NCBI GenBank assembly: GCA_963663805.2
Contig: CAXXMR010000019.1
Coordinates: 64,001-128,000, forward strand
Direction: 5' to 3'
Source of the DNA: Sedimentisphaerales bacterium
GTDB taxonomy: Bacteria; Planctomycetota; Phycisphaerae; Sedimentisphaerales; SM23-30
Length of the DNA: 64,000 bases
Of this stretch, positions 50,936 to 62,395 are shown piece after piece; the stretch's first letter is position 1; every line of letters begins with the position of its first letter. The notes below the pieces were generated by a model that made no database searches, was not told the DNA's origin, and was given only the letters and a program-made list of their open reading frames with translations. The position numbers and the translations under genes were made by a program.

Positions 50936-53900
50936 ATGACCAGAATAGATGGTAGCGAGTTATTGCGTTCGGCAGGGTTTGAGGGTTTGGGGCTGGAGCT
51001 GCCGGGTGAAGGCGTACTTCATTTGGGTATTGATATTGGTTCGGTTAGCTGCAAGCTGGCTTTGCTGGACGATAATTTTCGGGTTCATTACGCTTGTTAT
51101 CAGCGCACCCAGGGTCGGCCTTTGGTTACGGCCCAGAAACTTTTGGGTGCTTTGTTTAATGAAATACCGGCGGACCGGATAGGTACGATAGTAGGGACGG
51201 GCAGCGCGGGTCGTTCGCTGTGTGAGCTGCTGGGCATTGATTTTGTCAATGAGCTGATATGTCAGGCGGCGGCGATACGTCATTTGCATCCAGAGGTGCG
51301 GACTTTGATTGAGATGGGCGGTCAGGACAGCAAGGTTGTTTTTCTGAGTGACCCATCGGAGCCGGGTGACGATACGCGTGATATGGTTGACTTCAGTGTC
51401 AATACGAACTGCGCGGCGGGGACGGGTAGTTTTCTGGACCAGCAGGCATCTCGGCTGGGTGTTAGTATCGAAGGTGAGTTTGGCGATTTGGCTTTGCAGA
51501 GTGAGGTTCCGCCGCGGGTGGCGGGTCGTTGCAGTGTGTTCGCTAAAAGTGATATGATACATTTGCAGCAGGTTGCTACGCCGGTGCATGATATTGTGGC
51601 GGGTTTGTGTCTGGGGCTGGCCCGGAATTTGAAGAGCAGTCTGTGTCAGGGCAAGGAAGTTATTCGGCCCATAGGTTTTTGCGGCGGGGTGGCAAGTAAC
51701 GCGGGGGTTATCCGGGCGTTGGAAGAAGTGTTTGAGTTGGGTCAGGGCGGTTTGATTGTTCCTCGGCAGCACGCGGTGACGGGTGCTATCGGTGCGGTAT
51801 TGATACAATTGAAGCAGGGTGCGGGTCAGGGCAGTATGCAGGAGCCACGGGTGCTGATGTCGCGGCTGGACGATTTTCTGGGTGAGGACCACGCGGTTGG
51901 CTATCGTTTGAAACCTCTGGGGCGTCCCTCTATTGATGCACCGGCGAGTAAGGTGCATGACGATGTAGTTGCGAAGGCCCGTGCGAGGGGGGTAAAGATT
52001 CCGGCGTATTTGGGTATTGATGTAGGTTCGATAAGTACGAACGTGGTGGTTATGGACGCTGAGCAGCAGGTTTTGAGCAAGGCGTATCTGATGACGGCGA
52101 GTCGTCCTTTGGAAGCGGTGCGTCAGGGGTTGGATATGGTGGGTAAGGAAGTTGCGGACGTGGTGGAGATTGTGGGTGCGGCGACGACGGGTTCGGGTCG
52201 GTATCTGACGGGTGATTTTGTGGGTGCTGATTTGGTAATCAATGAGATTACGGCGCAGGCGAACGGGGCGGCGATTGTTGATTCGGAAGTTGATACGATA
52301 TTTGAAATTGGGGGGCAGGACAGCAAATATATTTCGCTGGACCATGGGGTGGTAGTTGATTTTGAGATGAATCATGCTTGTGCGGCGGGGACGGGCAGTT
52401 TTATTGAGGAGCAGGCGGAGCGGCTTGATATTAGTATCAAAGGTGAGTTTGCGGCGGAGGCGTTCAAGTCTGATGCTCCGATTCGGCTGGGCGAGCGTTG
52501 CACGGTGTTTATGGAATCTGATTTGCTGAGTTATCAGCAGCAGGGTGCGGAGCGGCCTGATTTGGTGGCGGGTCTTTCGTATTCGATTGTGACTAATTAT
52601 CTGAACCGGGTGGTGGCTCATCGCAAGATAGGTCGGAAGATTTTCTTCCAGGGTGGTACGGCGTTTAACCGGGCGGTGGTGGCGGCATTTGAGACGGTGA
52701 CGGGCAAGCCGATTGTGGTGCCGGACCATCATGAGGTTACGGGTGCTTTGGGTGCGGCGGAGCTGGCGCGTCGGCACATGGTGGCTTTGCGGGAGGGGAA
52801 TGGTCACGGGCTGGAAAGCAAATTCAGAGGTTTTGATTTATCGCAGCTTGAATATGAGATTCGCTCGTTTGAATGTGAGAAGTGTTCGAACAACTGCGAG
52901 ATAAAAGAAGTTAAGATGCCGGGCAGCGATCCGCTGTTTTATGGTTCGCGTTGTGATATTTATAATGTGAAGAAGGACGATAAGAAGGGAGCGGATTTAC
53001 CGGACCTGTTCCGGGAGCGTCAGGAGCTGCTGGAGAGTTTTGGCGGTTTGCGGGGCGGGGAAAAACAAGGGTCATTTAAAAAAGGCAAGACGGTAGGGAT
53101 ACCGATGTGTTTGAGTAACTATCAGTTTTTGCCTTTGTGGAGCACGTTTTTTCAGAAGCTGGGTTATGAGGTTGTGTCTTCGGGTCGGTCGAGCAAGAAG
53201 GTTATTCGGGAGGGGGTGGAAGCGGTTTTGTCGCAGATGTGTTTCCCGATTAAGGTGGCTCATGGTCATGTTCTGGAGCTGGTTCATAAGGAGGTTGATT
53301 TTATCTGGCTGCCGAGCATTGTTTCGATGGCGGCGGATTTCAAGGAGAACAAGCATAATCAGCTTTGTCCTTATGTGCAGACGATACCTTATCAGATTCG
53401 GGTGGCTTTGGCGGCCAAGGGAATTGAGTTGAAGGGTGAACGCAATCATTTGCTGGATATTCATGTGCGGTTCCAGGAAGGGGAGAAGGTTTTATTGCGG
53501 ACGCTGTGCGCTCTGGTTGACAAGCTGGGGGTTAGCAAAGCCGAGATCAAGTCGGCGTTGGCAAGTGGTCTGGCGGCCCAGAAGGGTTTTGAGGATGCTT
53601 GTCGGGCGCGGGGGCGTGAAGTGCTGGATAATCTGGGTACGGGTAAGAAGGCATGCGTACTGGTGTCCCGGCCTTACAACGGTTGTGATCCGGGAATCAG
53701 TCTGGATTTGCCGCGCAAGCTGCGGAAGATGGATGTTTTGGCGTTGCCGATGGATTTTCTGGATTTTCGTGAGGCTAATATTACGGAGCCGGAGTTGCAG
53801 GAGTTAATGTACTGGAAGTATGGTCAGCGGATAATGCGGGCGGCCCATATTATTCGGGACGATGCGCGGTTGTACGCGATTTATGTGAGCAATTTCAGTT

Positions 53901-55381
53901 GTGGGCCGGACAGCTTTATTATTACGCTGTTTAAGGAACTGATGGTGCGAACTGACGGGGCGGGTGATGAGATTCGCAAGCCGGCGTTGGTATTGGAGAT
54001 TGATGAGCATAGTGCGGACGCGGGCGTGGTGACTCGGCTGGAAGCGTTCCATGAAAGTTTGAAGTCGGTTGAAGGTCGTCTGAAAAAAGCTGACAGTGGT
54101 AAGCGGGCAGTTCAGGATGAGGGCAGTCCGTGGAAGTGTGACTGGACTGATTGCAGTAATCGTACTCTTTATGTGCCGTGGATGGGTGACCAGGCTTATG
54201 GGGTGGCGGCGGCATTTCGTCATTGCGGTCAGAAGGCCCAGGTACTGCCGGTGGGCGACGAGGAGTCATTGCGTTGGGGTCGTCAGTACACGACGGGTAA
54301 GGAATGTCTGCCTTGTATTATTACGACGGGTGATATGCTGAAGGTCGTTAAGGCGGAAGGTTTTGATGCTGACAAGGCGGCGTTTTTCATGCCGGGCAGC
54401 AGTGGTCCTTGCCGGTTTGGTCAATATAGTTGTTTGCAGAGGCTGGTATTGAAGCAGGTGGGGATGCCGCAGTCGCTACCGGTGATTTCGCCCAACCAGG
54501 ACAGTAATTTCTATCAAACCTTCAAGCGGTTCGGGAAGGATCCGACTCGACTGGCGTTTGATGGTATCGCGGCGATAGATTTGCTTTATAAGATTCTGCT
54601 GAAAGTTCGGCCTTACGAAATAAGTAAGGGACAGGCAGATAAGGTTTATGAAGAATCGCTGCGGCGGGTGGAGCAGGAGATTGAGCGGGGGATAAGTGAA
54701 CGGGAGCTGGCGGGTGTATTGGGGGAATGTGCGCGTCGGTTTAAGGCGATAGAAGTTGAGGTGGGGACCAGGCGGCCTCTGGTGAGTGTGGTGGGTGAAA
54801 TTTATGTTCGTAGTCACCGGATGGCCAATGATAATATCGTGCGTAAGCTGGAGGCTTTGGGTGCTGAAGTTAATCTGGCGTCTTTGAGTGAGTGGTTGTA
54901 TTACACGAACTTTACGCGGATGGAGATGGCTAAGCGTTGGCGGAGTCTGGGGTTGTTTGGTCAGAATTATCTGAAGAATTCGGTGCAGCGTCAGATTGAG
55001 CGGCGGTTGTCGGCGGTTGTGGAGAAATATTATCCGGGTTTGCAGGAGCGGCCTGTTAAGGAAGTGATTGCCGAGGCTGAGCCTTATATGCACGTTTCTT
55101 TTGAGGGTGAGGCGATTTTGAGTATTGGCAAGATTATGGAGATGTGGCGTTGTCACGGGGCGGCGGGCGGTGTTAATGTTATGCCGTTTAGTTGTATGCC
55201 TTCGACGGTGGTCAGTTCGATTACGCGGCAGATGTCTGAGGATGCGGGCGGGTTGCCGATAATCAGTATTAATTATGACGGCCAGCAGGATCCGACTTTG
55301 CAGACTCGGTTGGAAGCGTTTATACATCAGGTTCAGGGATTTGCTCAGCAGCAGTCGAGCGCTCCGGCGGCGGTTCATTGA
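50936..55381 (+). CDS. Fused acyl-CoA dehydratase activase protein (two HgdC/BcrAD-type ATPase domains + DUF2229-like regions)
   Basis: Two copies of GID.GS, E.GGQDSK, CAAGTGSF, RC.VF; CFPIKVAHGH, NFSCGPDS, IDEHS...G..TRLEAF, GPCRFGQY, PFSCMP. Confidence 0.9.
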   Translation: MTRIDGSELLRSAGFEGLGLELPGEGVLHLGIDIGSVSCKLALLDDNFRVHYACYQRTQGRPLVTAQKLLGALFNEIPADRIGTIVGTGSAGRSLCELLGIDFVNELICQAAAIRHLHPEVRTLIEMGGQDSKVVFLSDPSEPGDDTRDMVDFSVNTNCAAGTGSFLDQQASRLGVSIEGEFGDLALQSEVPPRVAGRCSVFAKSDMIHLQQVATPVHDIVAGLCLGLARNLKSSLCQGKEVIRPIGFCGGVASNAGVIRALEEVFELGQGGLIVPRQHAVTGAIGAVLIQLKQGAGQGSMQEPRVLMSRLDDFLGEDHAVGYRLKPLGRPSIDAPASKVHDDVVAKARARGVKIPAYLGIDVGSISTNVVVMDAEQQVLSKAYLMTASRPLEAVRQGLDMVGKEVADVVEIVGAATTGSGRYLTGDFVGADLVINEITAQANGAAIVDSEVDTIFEIGGQDSKYISLDHGVVVDFEMNHACAAGTGSFIEEQAERLDISIKGEFAAEAFKSDAPIRLGERCTVFMESDLLSYQQQGAERPDLVAGLSYSIVTNYLNRVVAHRKIGRKIFFQGGTAFNRAVVAAFETVTGKPIVVPDHHEVTGALGAAELARRHMVALREGNGHGLESKFRGFDLSQLEYEIRSFECEKCSNNCEIKEVKMPGSDPLFYGSRCDIYNVKKDDKKGADLPDLFRERQELLESFGGLRGGEKQGSFKKGKTVGIPMCLSNYQFLPLWSTFFQKLGYEVVSSGRSSKKVIREGVEAVLSQMCFPIKVAHGHVLELVHKEVDFIWLPSIVSMAADFKENKHNQLCPYVQTIPYQIRVALAAKGIELKGERNHLLDIHVRFQEGEKVLLRTLCALVDKLGVSKAEIKSALASGLAAQKGFEDACRARGREVLDNLGTGKKACVLVSRPYNGCDPGISLDLPRKLRKMDVLALPMDFLDFREANITEPELQELMYWKYGQRIMRAAHIIRDDARLYAIYVSNFSCGPDSFIITLFKELMVRTDGAGDEIRKPALVLEIDEHSADAGVVTRLEAFHESLKSVEGRLKKADSGKRAVQDEGSPWKCDWTDCSNRTLYVPWMGDQAYGVAAAFRHCGQKAQVLPVGDEESLRWGRQYTTGKECLPCIITTGDMLKVVKAEGFDADKAAFFMPGSSGPCRFGQYSCLQRLVLKQVGMPQSLPVISPNQDSNFYQTFKRFGKDPTRLAFDGIAAIDLLYKILLKVRPYEISKGQADKVYEESLRRVEQEIERGISERELAGVLGECARRFKAIEVEVGTRRPLVSVVGEIYVRSHRMANDNIVRKLEALGAEVNLASLSEWLYYTNFTRMEMAKRWRSLGLFGQNYLKNSVQRQIERRLSAVVEKYYPGLQERPVKEVIAEAEPYMHVSFEGEAILSIGKIMEMWRCHGAAGGVNVMPFSCMPSTVVSSITRQMSEDAGGLPIISINYDGQQDPTLQTRLEAFIHQVQGFAQQQSSAPAAVH

Positions 55382-55389
55382 GGTCGGCG

Positions 55390-55977
55390 ATGGTTCGGAA
55401 GCTGATACTTGCTTCGGGTTCGCCGCGTCGGGCGGATTTGATGCGGGCGGCGGGCTATGATTTTGAGATAGTGCGTTGTCCGCTGGCAGAGCCTTCGCTG
55501 GATGGCGGTCTGGCTGAGCAGGGTTTGACGGCTGGTGAGTGGGCGGAGTCTTTGGCGTTGTTCAAGGCGGCGGCGGTGGCGCAGGATTATCCTGACGCAC
55601 TGGTTGTGGGAGCTGATACTATTGTGGTGCACGGCGAGACGGTTTTGGGTAAGGCGGCGGCTGAGGCTGAGGCGCGGCGGATACTTAGTAACATGTTCGC
55701 GGGTGAGAATCTGGCAATCACGGGGGTGGCGGTTTTGGGTGAAGCGGCTGAAGTGCGGGTGGTTGAGCATGTGGTGACTCGGCTGGTGATGCGGGCGATG
55801 AGCGGGCGTGAACTGGACGATTATCTAGCGAGCGGGGCGTGGCGTGATAAGGCGGGTGCTTATGCTTTGCAGGAGGGGGGCGATAAGTTTGTGGCGCTGA
55901 TGGAAGGCAGTGAAAGCAATGTGGTGGGTTTGCCGATGGAGAGGCTGGGGGAGATTCTGGGAGGTTTGGGATACTGA
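55390..55977 (+). CDS. maf: Maf-family nucleoside triphosphate pyrophosphatase
   Basis: LILASGSPRR, GADTIV, DKAGAY, NVVGLP. Confidence 0.95.
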   Translation: MVRKLILASGSPRRADLMRAAGYDFEIVRCPLAEPSLDGGLAEQGLTAGEWAESLALFKAAAVAQDYPDALVVGADTIVVHGETVLGKAAAEAEARRILSNMFAGENLAITGVAVLGEAAEVRVVEHVVTRLVMRAMSGRELDDYLASGAWRDKAGAYALQEGGDKFVALMEGSESNVVGLPMERLGEILGGLGY

Positions 55978-56453
55978 TGGTTCAACGTTTATTTTTTTGC
56001 TTTGCTTGCGGGGTGATGCTGATGGGGCTGGGCTCGTGCGGTGAAAGCGAAGTGCCGGAGCGGGTGGTGGTTTCGGTGGATGGTCAGGATTTTCAGGTGG
56101 AGTTGGCGTATACGCGGGCGAAGCGAGGGCAGGGTTTGATGTATCGGGGGAAGCTGGGAGCGGATGAGGGGATGCTTTTTTTGTTTGCGGATGAGGGGCA
56201 GCGTAGTTTTTATATGAAGAACTGCTGGATTGATTTAGACGCTCTGTTTATTCGGGCGGATGGTACGATTGCTAATATTCATACGATGCGGGTGCCGAAA
56301 GAGGGACAGGAGACGGGGTATTATGACAGTGACGGGCCGGTGAAGTATGTACTGGAGGTGCGGGCGGGTACGGCGAAGAAGTTGGGGATTAGGGCGGAGG
56401 CTAAGGTTGTGATTCCGAAGGTGGTGGGGCGGTTGATGGTTGAAGGGGATTAG
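55977..56453 (+). CDS. DUF192-family protein (possible lipoprotein)
   Basis: VELA.T...R.QGLMYR, GMLFLF, FYMKN, YVLEV.AG; LGSC lipobox-like. Confidence 0.9.
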   Translation: MVQRLFFCFACGVMLMGLGSCGESEVPERVVVSVDGQDFQVELAYTRAKRGQGLMYRGKLGADEGMLFLFADEGQRSFYMKNCWIDLDALFIRADGTIANIHTMRVPKEGQETGYYDSDGPVKYVLEVRAGTAKKLGIRAEAKVVIPKVVGRLMVEGD

Positions 56454-56580
56454 GTGCGTATCGCACCGATAGATCGCCGCGGTCGTTTGGCGTATTTGGC
56501 GTTTCCGTTGGTCGCTTACTTGGTTGGCAATTACCTTTTGCGTTTTTGCGAGAGCTTTGGTTTGGGGATTGGGGTAAGGT

Positions 56581-57285
56581 TTAGTTTGTGAATCGGAATC
56601 GGATGATGGTGAAGAGTGCCTGTAGGCCGTCTTTCCAGCCGATTTTTTTGCCTTCGGCGTAGGTACGGCCATTGTAGGAGATACCGACTTCGTAGATTCT
56701 CCAGCCGGCTTTGGCGACTTTGGCGGTGATTTCGGGTTCGACTCCGAACCGGTCGCTCTTGATGTTAATTCTTTCGATGACGGGTCGGCGGAAGACTTTG
56801 TAGCAGGTTTCCATGTCGGTGAGGTTAAGGTTGGTACACATATTACTGAGGAGAGTAAGGAATTTGTTGCCGATCATGTGCCAGAAGAACAGCACGCGTT
56901 TTTCGGCTGAGCCGATGAATCTGGAACCGTAGACGACGTCGGCTCGTCCGTCGAGTATTGGTTTTAGCAGTCGGTGGTAGTCGTTGGGGTCGTATTCGAG
57001 GTCGGCGTCCTGGACCAGGGCGATGTCGCCAGTGACGGCTGCGAAGCCGCTGCGAAGGGCGGCCCCTTTTCCCTGATTGTTCAGGTGGTGGATGGCCTGG
57101 AAGGAGGCATCGGGATGGTCGGCGACGATTTGGTCGATGACCTTTTCGGAACCGTCGGTGCTGGCGTCGTTTACGATGATGATTTCCTTGGCGAGGGGCA
57201 GTTCGACGGCGAGGACGCGTTTGACGATTTCGGCGAGGGTGTTTTGTTCATTGTAGACGGGAATGATGATTGATATTTTTTCCAT
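56581..57285 (-). CDS. Glycosyltransferase family 2 (DPM1-like)
   Basis: IIIPVYNE, VNDASTDG, N.GKG.A, QDADLEYDP, TDMETCYK. Confidence 0.95.
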   Translation of the reverse strand: MEKISIIIPVYNEQNTLAEIVKRVLAVELPLAKEIIIVNDASTDGSEKVIDQIVADHPDASFQAIHHLNNQGKGAALRSGFAAVTGDIALVQDADLEYDPNDYHRLLKPILDGRADVVYGSRFIGSAEKRVLFFWHMIGNKFLTLLSNMCTNLNLTDMETCYKVFRRPVIERINIKSDRFGVEPEITAKVAKAGWRIYEVGISYNGRTYAEGKKIGWKDGLQALFTIIRFRFTN

Positions 57286-57492
57286 GGGTGTATATTAGTG
57301 TATTTGGGGCGGGTGGCAAGGTTTTTTTGGAGGTGGTGGGCTTCCAATAACTTCAACGGCGTGGTGCCGTCTTGGGCGGGATTGTTCTTAGGGTGCTAAA
57401 GGTTTGAAAGGCAGAATAGACATTTTGGGCTTGATGGACAGGGTGGATTTTTTGCTGGATTTTTGAGTGGGAATTGTCTATTCTTCGAGGCT

Positions 57493-58770
57493 ATGATAGA
57501 TATAAAAGACTTACGCGAAAATCCGGATATTTACAGAACTGCTGTCCAGGCAAAGGGTTCCAGAGTTGACGTTGAGAAGCTGATACGTCTGGAGGCCCAG
57601 CTTCGGCAGGCGAAAACCGAGCTTCAGGAGCTGGTAACTGAGAAGAATCAGGCCAGTAAAGCCATTGCCCAGCTAAAAGACGCTGCTGAGCGTCAGCAGG
57701 CGATAGGTCGGGTGGGCGAACTGAAGGAAAAGGAAAAGGAGCTCAGTGGAGAAGTCGCTGAGCTGGAGCCGGCGGTTGAAGAGCTTATGCTGCTGATGCC
57801 TCAACCGGCGCACCCTGACAGCCCTGTTGCCCCTGACGAGTCGGGTAATGTTGAGGTTCGGAGGTGGGGGCAGGTGCGTGAGTTTGATTTTGAGGTTAAG
57901 GACCATGTGTCGCTGGGGCTTGATCTGGGTATTGTTGACCTGGAGCGGGGGGTAAAGCTGAGCGGGGCGCGGAATTATGTCCTGCGTGGGGCGGGGTGTC
58001 TTTTGCATCAGGCGGTTTTGCGGCTGGCGCATGATACGCTGGTGGCTAAGGGTTATGAACCTTTGACGGTGCCGGTTTTGACGCGGGAAGCTACTTTTAT
58101 GGGGACGGGCTGGTTCCCGGAAGGCAAGCCGCAGGTTTATCAGGTGCCGGAAGACGAGCTGTTTCTGGTAGGGACGGCGGAAGTTCCGGCGACTTCGTTT
58201 TATATGGATGAGATTCTGGATGAAGCGATGCTGCCGCAGAAGTTTGTGGCTCAGTCGCTGTGTTTCCGGCGGGAAGCTGGGGCGGCGGGTAAGGATACGC
58301 ACGGTCTTTACCGGATTCATCAGTTTGAGAAGGTGGAGCAGGTGATTGTATTGCCGGCGGATAAGGCACTGTCGGAAAAGTTTCATCAGGAGATTACCAA
58401 TAACGCTGAGGAAGTCTTGCAGCAGCTGAATCTGCCGCATCGGGTCATTGAAATTTGTACGGGCGATATGGGGACTGGTAAGTATCGGATGTATGATATT
58501 GAGACGTGGATGCCTTCACGGGGCGGGTATTGCGAGACGCATTCATCGAGTAATCTGCTGGATTTCCAGTCCCGGCGGCTTAATCTGCGTTATCGGGATG
58601 CTCAGGGCAAGGTGCGGTACTGCTATACGATGAACAATACAGTGGTCGCTTCGCCGCGGATTCTGATTGCTCTGATGGAGCTGAACCAGAACGCCGACGG
58701 CAGTATCAATGTACCGGAAGCTCTTCGCCCCTATATGATGGGAATGGAACAGATTATTAAGAAGGCATAA
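57493..58770 (+). CDS. serS: Serine--tRNA ligase
   Basis: GTAEVP, CFRREAG..G.DT.GL.R.HQFEKVEQ, YDIE.WMP, E..S.SN..DFQSRR. Confidence 0.98.
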   Translation: MIDIKDLRENPDIYRTAVQAKGSRVDVEKLIRLEAQLRQAKTELQELVTEKNQASKAIAQLKDAAERQQAIGRVGELKEKEKELSGEVAELEPAVEELMLLMPQPAHPDSPVAPDESGNVEVRRWGQVREFDFEVKDHVSLGLDLGIVDLERGVKLSGARNYVLRGAGCLLHQAVLRLAHDTLVAKGYEPLTVPVLTREATFMGTGWFPEGKPQVYQVPEDELFLVGTAEVPATSFYMDEILDEAMLPQKFVAQSLCFRREAGAAGKDTHGLYRIHQFEKVEQVIVLPADKALSEKFHQEITNNAEEVLQQLNLPHRVIEICTGDMGTGKYRMYDIETWMPSRGGYCETHSSSNLLDFQSRRLNLRYRDAQGKVRYCYTMNNTVVASPRILIALMELNQNADGSINVPEALRPYMMGMEQIIKKA

Positions 58771-58830
58771 GTGGAACGGCACCACTTACTTACGTGCGTG
58801 GCTCCGATGATAGAATTGTGAGGTTTTGAG

Positions 58831-59850
58831 ATGATAGTTGTAATGACGCCGAGCTTTACGGAGAGTCAGCTGGAACATGTGGTGCAACTGGTTGAGGAGA
58901 TGGGGCTGACGAGTCATATAATTCGTGGTACCGACCGCACGGTTGTGGCGGCGGTTGGTGATAAACGGATGGTTGACAAGGGTGCGTTGGAGAATGCCGA
59001 GGGGGTGGAAAAGATCGTACCGATTCTTTCGCCTTTTAAGGTTGCCAGTAAGGAAGTCAAACAGGAAAAGACTGTCATTCATTTGCAGCCCAACGGCCCG
59101 GCGGTGGGCGGTAAGCGTTTGGGGGTTATCGCGGGGCCTTGTTCGGTGGAGGACCGGGCGCAGTTATTGGATGTGGCGGCTGCGATTAAAGAGGCTGGTG
59201 CGATTGGTTTGCGGGGTGGGGCGTTCAAGCCTCGGACCAGCCCGTATAGTTTTCAGGGTCTGGCGGAGAAGGGTCTGGAATATCTGTCCGAAGCGCGGGA
59301 GCGTACGGGTCTGGCGGTGGTGACGGAAGTTTTGACGGTTACGCATGTTGATTTGGTGGCTAAGTATGCTGATGTTTTGCAGGTGGGGGCGCGGAATATG
59401 CAGAACTTCATGCTGCTCAAGGCCGTAGGCGAACAGCCCAAGCCCGTGCTGCTGAAACGCGGAATGAGCGCGACGATGGAAGAATTTTTGTTGGCGGCGG
59501 AATATATTATCGCCGCGGGTAATAAGAACGTGATTTTGTGTGAACGCGGGATTCGTACCTTCGAGGAATATTGCCGGAACACATTCTCATTGAATTTGAT
59601 ACCGGCGATTCAGCGGGTCAGTCATCTGCCGATTATGGCGGACCCGACCCATGCCACCGGTCATGCTTATATGGTCGAGCCGATGAGCAAGGCGGCGATC
59701 GCGGCGGGTGCTGATGGTCTTTTAATAGAAGTCCATGCCGACCCGGAACATGCCTTTACCGACGCGGCCCAGCAGATAAGGCCGGAGCAGTTCGCCGAAC
59801 TAATGCACAAATGCCGTCGAGTCGCGACAGCGGTTGACAGGGAATTATAA
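58831..59850 (+). CDS. aroF: DAHP synthase type I-beta with N-terminal regulatory domain
   Basis: [45 protein letters not shown]. Confidence 0.95.
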   Translation: MIVVMTPSFTESQLEHVVQLVEEMGLTSHIIRGTDRTVVAAVGDKRMVDKGALENAEGVEKIVPILSPFKVASKEVKQEKTVIHLQPNGPAVGGKRLGVIAGPCSVEDRAQLLDVAAAIKEAGAIGLRGGAFKPRTSPYSFQGLAEKGLEYLSEARERTGLAVVTEVLTVTHVDLVAKYADVLQVGARNMQNFMLLKAVGEQPKPVLLKRGMSATMEEFLLAAEYIIAAGNKNVILCERGIRTFEEYCRNTFSLNLIPAIQRVSHLPIMADPTHATGHAYMVEPMSKAAIAAGADGLLIEVHADPEHAFTDAAQQIRPEQFAELMHKCRRVATAVDREL

Positions 59851-62395
59851 GGTTTTGGCTCGGTCGGCGTCTTACTATCAACAGTTTGACTCCGATTCAC
59901 TGGCAGCAGACTGGCTGATTCGTGCCGGGCCGGTCCCGGCGCTGGCGGGGGCAGTGGCAGCGGGGATAATAATCAGTCGATATGAAGTGATGGGGGCGTG
60001 GGGTTTTGGTCTGATTTGTTTGGGTGCTTTGGCGACGGCATTGTTATTTCGTGGGCGGGGCGTTAAGGAAATCTGGTTCTGGTTTTTTCTGCTGACGGCC
60101 TGGGCGGCGCTGGGGGCGTTGCGGTATCAGCAGGTCTATAATAATTATCCGGTAAATCATATTGCCCGACTGGCTGGTGCCGAGCCGCGTCTGGCGACTA
60201 TCGAAGGGGTGATTATAAGTGAGCCTTATATTTCGCAGTCACGAGGTGCGCTGGCAGCATTTGACCGGATGCATCAGCCGCTGACGATTTTTACGTTGGA
60301 AGCAAGGCGGGCCCTGACGTGTGATGGGTTCGCGGAGATTTGCGGGGTTACTCAGGTGGTGATAGCTGAGCCGGCCTTGAATTTGGGGCAGGGTCAGCGG
60401 GTGCGGCTGGATTGCTGGCTGGTGCGGTACGGCGGGGTAAAAAATCCGGGGCAGTTTGATTATGAGGATACCCGCCGGGCCCAGAAGAATCTGACAACCT
60501 GTCGGGTAGAAAATTCCGAGGCGATTGAGATACTTTCGGGGGCGGGTTTGTCTCTGTTTGAGCGGGTGCGTAATTCGCTGCGGTATTATGCCGGTGAAGC
60601 TTTACGGGATGAGTATGGTTCGCAACGGGAAATGAGCGACACCGAAGCGTTTCTGGGGGCTTTGGTGCTGGGGCAGCGTTATGGTTTGCCGGAAGAACTA
60701 AACGAGAAATTTGTCAAGACCGGCACGATACATTTTTTGAGTGTATCGGGTTTGCACGTGGGGATTCTGGTGTGGTTTGTTTTGGCTTTGTGTCGGCTGG
60801 GGCGGGTGCAGCACCGAAACGAAGCGTTGCTGGTGCTGGCGACGCTGGCGGTTTATCTGCTAATAGTTCCGCCGCGGGCTCCGGTATTGCGGGCGAGTAT
60901 AATGGCGGTGGTGTTCTGTTTGTTTCTTTTGAGTCGGTATCCGTGGTCCGGTCCGGGCGGGGTGACGCAGCTGGCGGTGGCGGCGGTGGTTCTGCTTTTA
61001 GGGCGGCCGCTCGATTTGTTTAACGCGGGGTTTCAGCTTTCGTTTGTGGTGGTGCTGGCTTTGCTGGTTTTTGTGGGGCCGTTCCTGCGGGGGCGGATTC
61101 ACTGGTCCACAACGGACCCGCTGGCGGATAAACTCGCCCAGGCGGCGCGGGAATATTACGACTCTGATTTGCCCTGGTATCGCTATGCCGGGAAAGTTTT
61201 ATTTGTGTGGGTTAAGGGGATTGTCGTGGTGGCTCTGGTAGCGTGGCTGGTGAGTATGCCGCTGACGGCTTATCATTTTCATCGGGTTTCGCTGGTGGCG
61301 GGATTGGGTTCGATTCTTCTGGCCCCGTTGATTTTCGTTACTTTGATAATGGCGTTTATTAAAATCATCGTGGGCGTGGTGCTGGGCAGCGGGATTGGTA
61401 TTCTGACCGGGGCGGTGGATGGTTTGGCAGGGGCCAATATTTTTGTTATTGATAAGCTGGCGGGGGTTCCGTTTGCTTCGATTAATACGGCGGCACCGTC
61501 GATATATTTCATTTGGGTTTATTACGCGATTCTGGCGAGTATGGCTTATACCATTATGCGGTGGGGCCGGGTTTATGTTTTGCAGGTTCGGGCGGCGGTT
61601 CTGGGGCTGATACTTTTCGCGGTGCTGCTGCCGATACGCGGGCACGAGAAAGGTACGCTGGAGGTTCATTGTCTGGCGGTGGGGCCGGGATTGGCGACGG
61701 TTGTCGAGATGCCGGATGGGAAGACGCTGGTATATGATGCGGGCAGTTTGATGAATTTCGATGTGGGCAATAAAATCATAGCACCGTTTATCCGACAGCG
61801 GGGGATTAACCGTATTGACGGGCTGTTTATTTCGCACGCTAATATCGATCACTATAACGGAGTGTTAGATTTAGCGGATTTAATTCCGGTTGATAAGGTT
61901 TATGTGACGGAATATTTCATAAGGGCCGGGGAATCGTCATCGGCGGTTAGATTTCTGCTGGAAGGTTTAGCGATACGAGGGATTGCGGTTGAGGCCATTG
62001 GTCGCGGTGCGGAGGTTATGGGAGACGTGGAGGTGCTTTGGCCGCGGGCGGGGTTGGAATATGGATGTGACGATAATGATACTTCGCTGGTGCTGCGGGT
62101 GGCGGAGAAGGTGCTGTTGACCGGTGATGTTGAACTTGCCGGGCAGGTAGAGTTGATGCGGGAGACGGCAGCGGATAAATTACGGGCGGAAGTTATGGTC
62201 CTGCCGCATCACGGCGCGACGCCGGATTCTCTGCGGGCCTTGCTGGCTAAGGTGAATGCTGATATTATGATTTGTTCGTCTGGTAAGCTCTCGGAGTCGC
62301 GGCAGGCGAAACTGGCTGAGATTATTCAGGGGACGCGGTTTTGGCATACGTACCGGGATGGTGCGGTTAGTTGTAAAGTGCAAATGCAAAAATAA
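59834..62395 (+). CDS. comEC: ComEC/Rec2 DNA-uptake membrane protein
   Basis: [31 protein letters not shown] domain SHANIDH, NDTSLV, LTGD, PHHG. Confidence 0.95.
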   Translation: MTGNYKVLARSASYYQQFDSDSLAADWLIRAGPVPALAGAVAAGIIISRYEVMGAWGFGLICLGALATALLFRGRGVKEIWFWFFLLTAWAALGALRYQQVYNNYPVNHIARLAGAEPRLATIEGVIISEPYISQSRGALAAFDRMHQPLTIFTLEARRALTCDGFAEICGVTQVVIAEPALNLGQGQRVRLDCWLVRYGGVKNPGQFDYEDTRRAQKNLTTCRVENSEAIEILSGAGLSLFERVRNSLRYYAGEALRDEYGSQREMSDTEAFLGALVLGQRYGLPEELNEKFVKTGTIHFLSVSGLHVGILVWFVLALCRLGRVQHRNEALLVLATLAVYLLIVPPRAPVLRASIMAVVFCLFLLSRYPWSGPGGVTQLAVAAVVLLLGRPLDLFNAGFQLSFVVVLALLVFVGPFLRGRIHWSTTDPLADKLAQAAREYYDSDLPWYRYAGKVLFVWVKGIVVVALVAWLVSMPLTAYHFHRVSLVAGLGSILLAPLIFVTLIMAFIKIIVGVVLGSGIGILTGAVDGLAGANIFVIDKLAGVPFASINTAAPSIYFIWVYYAILASMAYTIMRWGRVYVLQVRAAVLGLILFAVLLPIRGHEKGTLEVHCLAVGPGLATVVEMPDGKTLVYDAGSLMNFDVGNKIIAPFIRQRGINRIDGLFISHANIDHYNGVLDLADLIPVDKVYVTEYFIRAGESSSAVRFLLEGLAIRGIAVEAIGRGAEVMGDVEVLWPRAGLEYGCDDNDTSLVLRVAEKVLLTGDVELAGQVELMRETAADKLRAEVMVLPHHGATPDSLRALLAKVNADIMICSSGKLSESRQAKLAEIIQGTRFWHTYRDGAVSCKVQMQK
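62132..62368 (+). repeat. Direct repeat copy 1 (comEC 3' end)
   Basis: 237 bp; 18 mismatches by manual count against 63402-63638, no gaps. Confidence 0.95.

Noticed and set aside
50960..52807. 615-aa antisense ORF (also 54476-55378 and 57673-58440)
   Set aside because: Shadows of the activase and serS genes, favoured by the local codon skew; His/Thr/Arg-rich and motif-free
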